Made by a program: the position numbers and the translations under genes
Assembly (NCBI GenBank): GCA_045837725.1
Contig: JBEWZL010000101.1
Span: 434,001-498,000 of the forward strand
Source: Vermamoeba vermiformis
Taxonomy: Eukaryota
Direction: 5' to 3'
DNA: 64,000 nt
The notes under the pieces: generated by a model
What the model was told of the DNA's origin: nothing
Seen by the model: the letters and a program-made list of their open reading frames with translations, nothing else
Databases searched by the model: none
Shown here: positions 14,017 to 25,504 of the stretch, in pieces
Layout: each line of letters starts with the position of its first letter
Numbering within the stretch: position 1 is the stretch's first letter

Positions 14017-16480
14017 ATGTTGTCAGCTGTTGATTATTCGAACCCTGCTACTACTAAGTTCGAGCACCGCGTGACCAAGACTCAAATTGTCTGCACCATT
14101 GGTCCGCCAACGAATTCAAAAGAGCAGATTATGAAATTGATTCAAGCCGGTCTCAGTGTCGTCCGTTTGAATTTTTCTCATGGTACCCACGACGTATGTA
14201 CCCGATATATCCGCAAAATACTCGAATATCAATCAAAGCAAATAATATTAAATTTTTGGTTTGATGCAGTTCCATGGATCTATCATCGCCAATGCTAGAG
14301 CCGCCGCTAAAGAGCTAAATCAGACCATTGCCATCATGTTGGATACTAAGGGTAAGTTTTTGTTATTTTAGAAAGCGTTGTAGGGACTTTAAGTACCTTG
14401 TCAATCTGGGCAAAAAACATTTTATTTTTTAAATTCGAATCTTTGCTCAAAGTTACTCGTGCAAATGCACTGTATATACTTTTGTATTATATTCTTATTA
14501 ATAACGGCGCTTAATGATGCTTACTGCTTTTTCCGTAATTAATCCAACGGACAAAAAAATCTTGGTCATCAATTACCAGTCTGAATATCATTTTAATAAT
14601 TTTTATAGGCCCTGAAATTCGTAGCGGCAAGTTGAAGAACAATGATAAAGTCTGGCTTCAAAAGGGTCAAAAATTCGCTTTTGTAACGGACCAAGATGCG
14701 CTCGGAGACGAAACCAAAGTATCAACCACTTATACTCAATTGTCAAAGACTAGCAAAGTCGGTGATAAGATTTTAGTCGAAGACGGTTTGATCCAATTTA
14801 AAGTCGAAGAGGTACGTGAATCCACGCGCGATCCGCATTTTCATACTTTTACACGTCCATACATTACCTTTCTATAACATAATTATTATATGTTATGATT
14901 ATGCTTGCCGGCTACAACATATACTAACGGAATTTATTGCAGGTTAAGGAAGGCGAAGTCGTCTGCCGTGTGTTGAACTCAGCGTGGTTGGGCCAAGTCA
15001 AGGTACATTACCTACGATTCAAATTCGATTCTACCTTCCACTTTATGCTACACTAGGCGCCTATAATAACATTAATATACTAAGCTTCTATATACTAATC
15101 GTCGTGCTTGTCTGCAGGGTATGAACTTGCCTGGTGCACGTGTCGAACTCCCCGCAGTAACTGAGCAAGACAAGCGAGATATTGCCTTCGCTGTCGAACA
15201 AAAGTTGGACTTAATCGCCGCTTCGTTCATCCGTAACGCTGCTGCTGTCAAAGAAATCAGGCACGTGACTTTTTGACCTCGCAAAATTTATGCAAATGTT
15301 CTAATATTGATATTCCGATAGAGATTTGCCGGGTGTCCGCGACGCTGGTATTAAAATTATTTCTAAGATTGAAAGTGAAGAAGGTTTGCAAAACTTTGAA
15401 GAAATTTTGAAGGTAAGATCTGCGGTGAAAATTTGACCTTTTAGGTCGTCTTATTCATTACGAATAGTAACATTACGCAGTCAATCTTTTTTGATTATAC
15501 TAATCGGGTATACTTTCCTTTTATAGGAATCAGACGGTATCATGGTTGCTCGTGGAGATTTGGGTGTTGAAATTCCCATTGAACGCGTTGCCTTGGCGCA
15601 AAAGATGATGATCGCCGAGTGCAATCACGCAGGCAAACCCGTCATTACTGCCACACAGATGTTGGAAAGCATGGTTGAGAACCCTCGTCCCACTCGTGCT
15701 GAGGCTACTGACGTCGCTAACGCCGTGTACGATGGCACTGATTGCGTCATGTTGTCCGGTGAAACTGCTAAGGGTGAGTCCTATTCTCATATAATACTAC
15801 AGCCATCGTTCATATACATACACTATACATCGAAATTATCGTTCAAAGTGATGAGCATGAAAAATGTCTCGAGTCAATACTAACTCGTTTTTTCCTTTTT
15901 AGGCAAGTACCCTATTGAGACAGTTCAAATTATGAGCAAGATTTGCTTAGAGGCCGAGAAACAAGTTGACTACCGCAAGCTCTACACTGACTTGCGTAAG
16001 CACGTGATTCACAAGCAAGGAGGCGTGATCAGCGTGCCCGAGTCCATTGCGTCGTCTGCCGTGAAGACCAGCTGGGACTTAAAGGCCTCGCTGATTATTG
16101 TCTTGTCTGACTCGGGCAGCACTGTCAGATTTGTGTCTAAATATAGACCTCACGCGCCTATTCTGTGCATCACATCCACTGAACAGACCGCTCGTCAATT
16201 GCGAACCTCACGAGGTGTTATTCCTCATTTGGTGCATGATATGAAGAACAGCAGCAAGCTTATTGAAGAAGGTATTGCTTGGGCTAAGCAACAGGTACGT
16301 CATACCAAGATCTCGGATCACATCCGAAGATCAGATCTTCAAACGAATCCAGCGCGATGTTAACAAAAATTTACTTCATAGGGCATTGTTAAGTCGGGCG
16401 AAGTTGTCGTAACTACTTCCGGTCTTATTGAAGCCACTTCGGGCTCTACCAACATTCTTAAGGTCGCTATTGTTCCTTAA
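14017..16480 (+). CDS. pyk: Pyruvate kinase
   Basis: [63 protein letters not shown]. Confidence 0.98.
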
Positions 16481-16768
16481 GAACTCTGTCACACTGTACA
16501 GCCGCAAGAATTCAACGTTGAATGTAGTTAACTTGTTTTTTTGCTGTAAAAATACACCTTGTTGATACATCGCGAATAAATCATCAACAATACACAGTTT
16601 GTTTACTTTAGGTCTAGGGTGCATGTCACACGATATTTCAACTGCAAATCACCTGCCAGAATTAGCGACACACCCGAAGGAAGCCGCTGCGGCATGCGAG
16701 CTAGCCACGAGACACGCTCAGCTGTTTTATCCGGCACATAAACAATGTGAATACGAAGCGCAATGACA

Positions 16769-16843
16769 ATTTTGAATCCGTTTCGAAAACTAAATCGTCC
16801 GATTGCTTAACACGCAAGAATGATCAAACTGATATTTTTCTTC
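16769..16843 (+). repeat. ~75 bp dispersed copy of 30597-30672 (exon 2/intron 2 junction of the SAM-NTPase-nuclease gene)
   Basis: TTTGAATCCGTTTCGAAAACTAAATCGTCCGATTGCTTAACACG(C/T)AAGAA(T/C)GATCAAACTGATATTTTTCTTC occurs at both sites. Confidence 0.9.
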
Positions 16844-16887
16844 AACACTCAAAAGCCTAAATCTGCGACAATGTAATGACAGCATAT

Positions 16888-19800
16888 TTACATGTTGAAG
16901 TCCAAGTAATTAACACAACTTCCACCCGAAGAAGCAATAAACAAGCTCTGCGTATTCATGCCACATACAGTGTCTGCATTCATCTCGTCATTTGTAGGCA
17001 ATACTCGTTCAATCAGGCCCGATGTGATATCGACTACCACTGGCAAACTAAATCGTGAAATCATGTACGCCATGCGATGATTGGGTACGTCAACTACGAC
17101 AGAATCATGTCTATCGTCCTACAAACGGTAATATTAATACCATACTATTCCGTATGGAAATTTCACTCAAAATATCTGCGCTGAGCTGCCATACAATAAA
17201 AAACCGTTCAGTTTGCTCCAAAGATTTCCATAGGTACGAAGCTTTACGCATCAAAATTATAAATGGCAAGTGACTTACTTGAAAGACTGCAATCTCCTTA
17301 TCCAGTTTTCTTATGTCGTAGTACAAGCGAGAGTTCAAGGTCACAGCCAACATGGTGTTTTCATCGATCATGTGAACTTCCTGAACGGGTTCATGAGCTC
17401 TATTACGCTCAAATTGGTTGACGATGGCGGCGTTAACATCGAACATGTATAGCGAATCGATATCAAATCCAACACTCGTACGACTTTGATCGAATAAGTT
17501 GGGGGTTGCACCCAGCAACGAATACGTCTCGGGCAATGAACTGACTACTTGAAGGCTATTTAAATCAATTGTATGCATGCCTAAAGAGAGAAAAATCAGC
17601 AAATCTGGTCACTACGAGATGTCTCAAAGAGTGACACGTGTCAACTTGAAATTTCATCTCAATTTTTTCACACAATTGCGAAACTGTAACAGGTCTCCGT
17701 TTAAAAATTAATTAAATTATTATTTTAATTTAAATGCTTTAAATTGACTTACGCGGACCAAGCACGTATTGTTGCTTGTAATTCAAGAACGACACTTTGC
17801 TGGTATAATTTGTATTGAATGCCACGGCAGGGATATTGTTGAGGACTGTCAATTGATGATTTTCATGCTCGTGGTGCAATAAATATATTCGAAGGTGGTC
17901 CTGACTAACAGCAAGTAGCGTCGGAATCAGATCTGGATCCGGATCGCTGTTGATAAAAGTCACGTGATTGAACATTGCCGGGACTGGATCTACATTGTTA
18001 TTAAACTTTTCGGCGTGTTCTATAATAAGCACTTCATTATTGCCTTTTTGGCAGTTGAATAAACTGGAGTAGTTGTAATCGACTGAAATAGCCCAATTCT
18101 CATCGCAATTAAAATAGTACAGGTGCAATATTGCTGAAACTAAGACTTTGAATTGATATTTGCCTTTGCGCCAATTATTCAGCACTCTATAATCAAATTG
18201 TTAATAAAAAGCGAGTGTTTTTACTGGAAAAATTCTAATACTAGTATTAGAATAATACAATTATAATCCAATATTACATTATAATTATTATAATATTGTG
18301 TCGGGGGTTTTTTTCTTCAGGAATATCTTGGTCATTTTTTACTAAAAAAGGAAAAATAACGGTCTTACCGATGATGTGCTACAGCGACATTTTTCCAATC
18401 AATTTGATCTTTTTGCTTGATTTTCTTCAACGGCCAAGTCTTTGCAAATATTTGTTGCCACTCCCATTGATTTATCGTGTCGTAAAATATCTTCGAGATC
18501 ATTGACAGACTGACAGCATCGAGTGGCATGAGCTCCGTGAATATCATATGAATAATCTCTTTTGGTAATAAATCTATGGGAAAACATCCACTCGGATCTG
18601 CTGCTTTGCCTCCACTTTCCTTATTTGGTAATAACAGTCCTTTAACAAGCGTTAGCGGTCAATTCGCGTTAATTTTGAAATTTCGTACGTTTTTTAGCTT
18701 TAGTGAACGCCTCAATGTTCGAATCGAATCCTAATTGTACTAAAAAGGAAACCAGATATTGCGGATATTCTCGTTCACTGAACGTGTATTCGGCTTCTCT
18801 TCCTTCACGCGCTATAATTTGCAATGCTTCCAGTACCCAAATTGTTTGAAAACCCGTTAATGATTCTATCTTCTTAACCGTTGAATTTAATGCCGTTGGA
18901 CTTTGAAAAAAAAAATCAGATCCGAGAACGAAATTTTCATATTTAGTACTTACTTTAACTTTAAAATTTTGATGACTTCTTCTTTGGCAAAACAGCTAAT
19001 ATTAGAAGTGTAATCTAAGATGGTTTTCCCGGTCGTGCTAACCACTGCACAATACGAGCATTAGGACCGAATGAGATCTACTTTAGAAATCGCTACAACA
19101 CTTCATTCTTACCTTTAAAATCTTCGTCTCTTTTCAATTTATCGTAAATATATTTTTTGCTTTTTTGTAGGCAAAAGAAAAAGGGAGGAACTTGCTCCTG
19201 GCCACTCAGCTCGTGGTTGATGTTCGGATCTAGTGTGGCGAAGTAATCCAATAATCGTATTGTATCTCCTTTATTGATGTTGGATTGGACTACTATAGCT
19301 GGTAATGTTTCGTCTGTAAATAATCATATGGCAAGTAAGTATTTGGCAAAATATTCGGGATCCAGTTTTTTTGGCGGCCGAAAATAACAACCAGGTTAAA
19401 ATTTTCGCAAATAAACGTCAATTATATGTACTATGTATTATATTGTGATATTTTGTAGCTTCGAGAACGTACTTTTGTCGGATCGCTTGCGCACATCTGC
19501 TCCTAAGGCGAGCAGGCCCATCACCGTTAAAGGATATTTTGTCGCTGCTTGAAAAATATCAAAGCAATCATTATCCAGTGCTATTTTATATGCATGCATT
19601 CGTTGTTTGAATTTCGCTTGGTATTTTGGTGCTAATCCAGGGATCTGGGCTTGCCCAACGGCTCCTTCGCCTTTTTGGTACTTCTGAATCGTTTTTTCTA
19701 ATTTAAATTAATATCATGGCATTTTTTGGGTATTATTCATCGATTTAATTACCAAAGACCGAGTTCCAGCAATCAACGCCAACGGTAAAAGTGTCATAAT

Positions 19801-20213
19801 CAATCATTTGAAGAATCTCTTCTGATACTCCGTATAAATATGCTGCTAAGACGTGTGCTGAATTCCAACAACCTTTCATAATAGCCTAATAATTGAATAT
19901 AATTTAGTAGCAGGTAAACTTATTTTCAGATCTAATTATTTTTATTACCCATTCTAGAATATTCACTCCGCCATGACAAGACCACAAACACCGCTCTCGT
20001 TCGTCCATTGGAATTGCTGCCATTGCTGTAGCTAGCTGTTGGGCGTTATTTTCTAAGACGGATTTCATTAATTTTCTTTTATGCGCCCATTCAGAGCCTC
20101 GCACTTGAGAATCTATTTCACCAAAGTCTCCTAATTTTAAAATTAATATCATTAATAAAAATTAAGCCGATCGAGGTGCGCCACAGTTTAAAAATTCTCT
20201 TACCCTTTTCCAT
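16888..20213 (-). CDS. Ankyrin-like repeat + F-box + beta-propeller-like protein (one spliced gene)
   Basis: LEWAIMKGCWNSAHVL, GLLALGADV, GKTILDY (ankyrin-like); short intron near 18640-18690 joins in frame to IDLLPKEIIHMIFTELMPLDAVSLSMISK (F-box); then VLNNWRKG and beta-rich repeats ending YYDIRK. Confidence 0.7.
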
Positions 20214-20468
20214 TTCTCCGTTTGTTTATTTAATATTTATCGTACTATAACATTCCCCTATTAAAATTAATTGACGTGTTGTGCTTGTTCCAGGGAGCGT
20301 ATTGAAAGGAAATTTTCAGTGTTGTAAATTATTCTCGCTTTCACACGACTACCACACGCAAAGATAATATTCTCGTAGCGAAATTATATAAATTATATAT
20401 AACGTATTAGTATAAAAATATTGCTTTCTTAAGCGCTAGCCCTACATTAACCTCACCTGATTTTCAAA

Positions 20469-21671
20469 ATGGATTTACCCGAAGAGATCAAGCTGTTGAT
20501 TGCTAAATTAGTCGACAACAAATCTCTTACGCGGTGCCGTCAAACATGCAAGGCGTGGCTAGCAGCTCTGACGCCTCTGTGTTACAAAAGACTTCCGATC
20601 TTGCGAAATCTACTTTATTATAAGGACGAGCACCTGCTATATCTTCGAAATATATTACAATACGTTAAAGGTAAGTAAAGAAATTATTATTTTAATTTTT
20701 TATTACTGAACGAATTTTTGTCAGATGAGCCTCTTTCTTTGACGTTTAACTCCGGACGATTCCCCAACAACGTGCATTTATTAGGAGACATTAAAAATTT
20801 ACAAGAATTGACGTTGGATTATTGCAGCTTGCCTGATACTTACTTGGATGCGTTGGCTCCGTGCACAAATCTAACTTCGTTAAAAGTGATCATCGGCAGT
20901 AAAACCGGACTGGCCTATAATATTGATCATATGGAAGACATAACAAAACTGCAGTCTCTACGTAATTTAGAGATTTCTGGCTATACTTTCAACGAAGAAA
21001 ATACCCCGATCTACTTGCGCCACGTGATCAACTTGCCTAATTTGGAATCAATTCCAACGATCCCTATTCATAACGCCGAGCAAATGGATATAATTTATAA
21101 TTCACCGTTAAAATCGAGATTAAAGGCGATTAACTTAGAAGATGGACTCGTGTCGCATGACATGATCCAGAAGGTGGCAGAAATGTCAAACTTAACTAAA
21201 CTACGAATATCATATGCCAACATTGATGACGCGTCGTTCTCATTGCTAGGAATACTCTGTAATCTTCGTCAAGTCTGTTTGGAAGGGTTGGATAATGTCA
21301 CAGATCTGGGTCTCGCAGCTGCAAAAAAATGGACAAATTTAGAAAATTGTAGCTTCCAATTGAACAGTAACTATTCATTCATATCAAATACAACCTCTAT
21401 TAAGTGTTTGGATATCAATAATTGCATTATGGAAGGTGGATTAGCGGCGTTAAGAAAATTGACTAATTTGGAAGTTCTTCGGCTTGGATCCGTCGACGGA
21501 TTATCAGCAATGGATTTCATCGACGTACCGTTGGATAATTTGACGCGATTACAGGTTTCACTGCGCCATATCTACATACAAGAAATTGAAAAGCACCTCG
21601 ATCTAACAAAAGCGCCCCCGAAACTCGCTCGAAATATGTACGAACCTTATAAAAGCTCTACATTTTATTAA
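20469..21671 (+). CDS. F-box/LRR protein
   Basis: MDLPEEIKLLIAKLVD..CRQTCKAW F-box; one intron; LRRs. Confidence 0.88.
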
Positions 21672-24600
21672 AAATAGTCGTTCAAGAATAAATTACAGCT
21701 TGAAACTAGAACTTAATTTTCGTTTATTTTAAAATTCATTATTCCGTCGATAAACCAAAGGAGTGTTCGCATTCATTAAACTTGTTTTATTAATTTAAAT
21801 ACAATCATTATTTATACCTTTTGCAGAGCAGAACAGATCGTTCTTGTCAGTGGTCGAAACCGTTCTCGCTCCAAAATCTTCCTACTGCAACGCGATAATA
21901 CCCACCGTACTTCCATTCCTCAACATTTTCTAGAGCTTGCTTCATATTGGTACCTAAGAAGTATATTAGACACGGTTCGAACAGTTAAAGTATTGAAGTC
22001 AAGTTATGGCAATATAATGGCGAGTAATACAGCGTATTAAATAAATAGTACCAGAAGGAACTACCAAGTGATGATGCGATAATTGATCATAGATTCGCAA
22101 TTCAGTTTGTTTCAAGTCCATTTTGCTAACTAACTTGAGTTCGCTTGTGTTTAATATCTGCAGCGAAATCCTTGAATGCGTATTAGTACGGCAATATATA
22201 TTAACGAAATTTAAGTAAAAAATTACCCGTATGACGAAGTCCATATATCGACCGCTTTTCCTCCTTCTGTCATACAATATTTTTCAATCACATTGTACGG
22301 ATCAGCCTCGCCTTTAATTTCCTTTAAGCACGGATATTTAACTTTGAGTTCCTTTTCTATCATCGGTCGGAATTTCATTTGCCTGAACACGGCACCAAAT
22401 ATTTCGATGACCCGATTATTACCATTCTGTAGCTGTTAGAATGCATTATCTCGTGTTTAACGAACACATACCTTTGGTTCATGTTTTTGTGACCAACGGA
22501 CAACGCTTTCAAGAACGAGAATGGGATTTTGCTTCTTAGTACTTTCGTGACAAAGAATCATGCGCACTGAATCCCAATGAAGCACTTGCGAAATTTCCCT
22601 TAATACGGCTTTAATTTTCCGGGCTACAACCCTATGTTAAAGTAATGATTGATTAAATACGTATTTAAACATAGTTGAAGGATAGCTAATTACCTCATAA
22701 CAGTTGGTCGACGCAGTTCAAATACCATGTTCGACTGCATCAAGTTGATCGCTTTGATGCAGTTAGTTACATCCGCTTCTTTCTCGAACAAACCCCACAA
22801 ATCGTTCTCAAATTCGTTCAATTCGAAGTACGACGCCTCTGACATGACATCCGTAATGATGCTAGAGATGCCTGCAAGTGGCTCTTGATTGTACAGGTAT
22901 CGCAAGATGACCTCGAACAGGTGTTTCGGAGTTTCCAGCGTGACTTTGTTGCTTTTGGATTCGATGAAAGTGGATAACGAGAATATCTGCAAACGCACTA
23001 TTAACATATTGATGTTATATTAAACTTTTTTTACCTTATGAAAGTGCGGCGACTTCTGCAGGATGAATTTGTGTAACTTGTAAACTACCAGACCCTTTTC
23101 GTCCTCACATTCAACCGTAAAATCTGCTACGTCTTATTAGTCCAACGATGTCAAGCGAAGCGAGCAATGATACCTGAAAGTTTTTCGCGGCTTTTCGGAT
23201 AAGTAAAAGTCGGAAGTCGAGGCAGATTTGTCGTGGTTTTGACTGCGTCTATATTGACTTCGGATTCAAATAGAATTAATTCGAATTGCAGCTCATTGTC
23301 TTTTGCCCATTCAAGCGCGTTCTGAATGCCGTAAGTTATGCACGTGCAATCACCCTCTGGTCAAACAAAGTCAATTAAAATAAATTTAACTAAAATATTT
23401 CATACCTTTAATCTTCTTAGAAATATAAAACGTGCCTTCTTTGTCCCATAGTCGAAGTATTTTCATTTGTCGCTCCCATCTCTCTGGTATGTATTCAACG
23501 ACCAACGGCGATAAAGACTTGATTTTTAAAGCTCTTAAAATGTCATTTAGTATGAACCAATAGCATATGCTACACTTACCGATTGTTATGTTGGCTACAT
23601 ATCTTAGTCTCCGCTTTGAGAGTACAAGGTAGAAGAACCATAATAGAAACTTCTTCCTTGTAGGTTTGTAATAACACCATATTATCCGCGCTAAAACTCG
23701 ATGCATAAACTCCTTGTGTCAAGTGACCGTCTAACTGTTTAGCAACGGCAGTTTGCCACTTGTAACCCGTCACAAATTCGGAGCGCATCTGTCTCACCTG
23801 AAGGAACAAGGTATCAGTTCGAGTCCTTGAAATGGTCTGGTAGATATTGCTGATACTTGCAAAATCGTAATGCTTGTCTGTGTGCCATTGAAGCAGTTTG
23901 TTCAAGACCAAAACCGGATTCTGGTTGTTTGCGCAGACTTGAATTAAGAATTGTATTGTACCCGGGTTTCTTAGCTCTCCCAATGAATCCAATAAGCTCA
24001 AAATATGGCGCTGTGCTGCCCTAACCGCAACGAAGACAGATTTAGAATCCGGATCTAAAAAAAAATGAAGTAACTAAGCTTACACTTTTAACTGCGATAA
24101 GCCCCATCTTTTTGAAAATTCAACGTGATTTTCTATTCGCTTGAGCGCTTCGAGCACCATTTTTGCAGACGCAGTTTGTGCAAATGCAGACCAAAGCTGC
24201 TCCACGAAACCAGGCAACGAGAAGCGGTAGCCCTCAGTAATTAGGTCCAACATATTGTTTTCATTATAAACGACCTCCTTCTTATTATAAATATACCGTA
24301 GTATTATCTCAAAGTGCGACTTGAGAGTGGGAACGTTCCGCACTTTTTTCGGATTCGGTAGCATCTGCAAATAGAATAATTAGCTTCATTTAATACTATT
24401 CTATGTTAAACATTACCCCTTCGAAATAAGGGCTTTCATAGAGCATGCAGAGATGCAACTTGAAATCTTGAAAACCGGATCTGTCGTCCAACGGCACTCG
24501 GATCGTGCAATCTAAAATCAATTGATCAGTACTCGCTCATCGATCAACAATGATAGCTTATAGGTAACGTTACCTGAGTACAGCGGAGAGATTACCAAGG

Positions 24601-25020
24601 GCGCAAGTTCGTTTGTTAGTGTTTCTGTTGTGGTCATTTGTTCGTGTGTAAACCAAAAGCCAAATGAACAAGCGCTCAATTTTGTTTGCGACCACTATTT
24701 TTGCATGTACACGTGCAAAGCGCTAAGGCCAAAGCAACAACCGGATAGTCTCATCCCGAGATCAAGTAGATCTTCCGGTGGTCGTTGCACCTCGCTAAAA
24801 AAATTACAATAAATAAGCAAAAATAGTAACATGCGTGATGCTATACAGCGATTAATAATTTGTATTTTGATACTAATATTTAATTTATTTAGGTTTAAGA
24901 CCAATGCAACCTTACCTGCACGCAAGATTCCCTCTTAAAATAACGTAACTAGAATAATTTTGACAAGTAATAGTAATTCACATAATTCTGAATAGAACTT
25001 GTGCTTGGTTTCGAATCTGA
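21579..25020 (-). repeat. Arm 2 of inverted duplication (partner 9520-12854)
   Basis: Reverse-complement similarity through exons, introns, upstream region and 3' flank. Confidence 0.95.
21739..24637 (-). CDS. Tandem double BTB/POZ-domain protein, copy 2
   Basis: Same exon structure as 9878-12703; BTB exons nearly identical (ORFs 24080-24370 and 22690-23007). Confidence 0.8.
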
Positions 25021-25504
25021 ACAATGAAGTTCTATCCTGCCTGCTTTTGTTCATTTTCGGCGCACTTGGGCACCATCGCCACAATTGATGATTTGAAAAC
25101 AACATGCGTGACACGACAACAGACCAGAATCTGATTCAATCACGCATCCGAATCCGATGTTTCTGCCTTCGCGACGAAGGGAATCTCATTAGTACATTAC
25201 CTTGTCTGAAGCTCCGTTATTAAGCAAATTGCCTTATCGTGACCAAGGCTGATTCAAAAGGTAAGGAATGAAACGGAATCTAGATGCAGGATCAAAGAAT
25301 AGATAAAATTGATAACTATTCTTTTTAAAAAGGAAAAACTGGCCTTGTGTTATCGACTGTTTGCAAGTATCCCACGATGGCTATGAAAGCACACGTCTTT
25401 CCAATCCATCCAAAAAAAAATCACAAAATTGAACCCAAAGAATTGGGCACGTTTTGTTTTCAATCAAAATTATTTTTTATTCTTGTTCAGACAGCAATAC
25501 CTCG

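Noticed and set aside
14514-14584. Possible intronic C/D snoRNA in pyruvate kinase (ATGATGC...CAATTACCAGT-CTGA)
   Set aside because: Imperfect C box, no terminal stem, and only a short possible rRNA complement that cannot be verified without this organism's rRNA
9520-25020. Large TIR transposon or Polinton suggested by the long inverted repeats
   Set aside because: The arms are intron-containing BTB genes, the interior holds ordinary host genes, and there is no transposase, integrase, polymerase or target-site duplication
25085-25140. TGATGA...CTGA pair resembling a C/D snoRNA
   Set aside because: Only ~50 nt between the boxes and no convincing guide; plausible by chance
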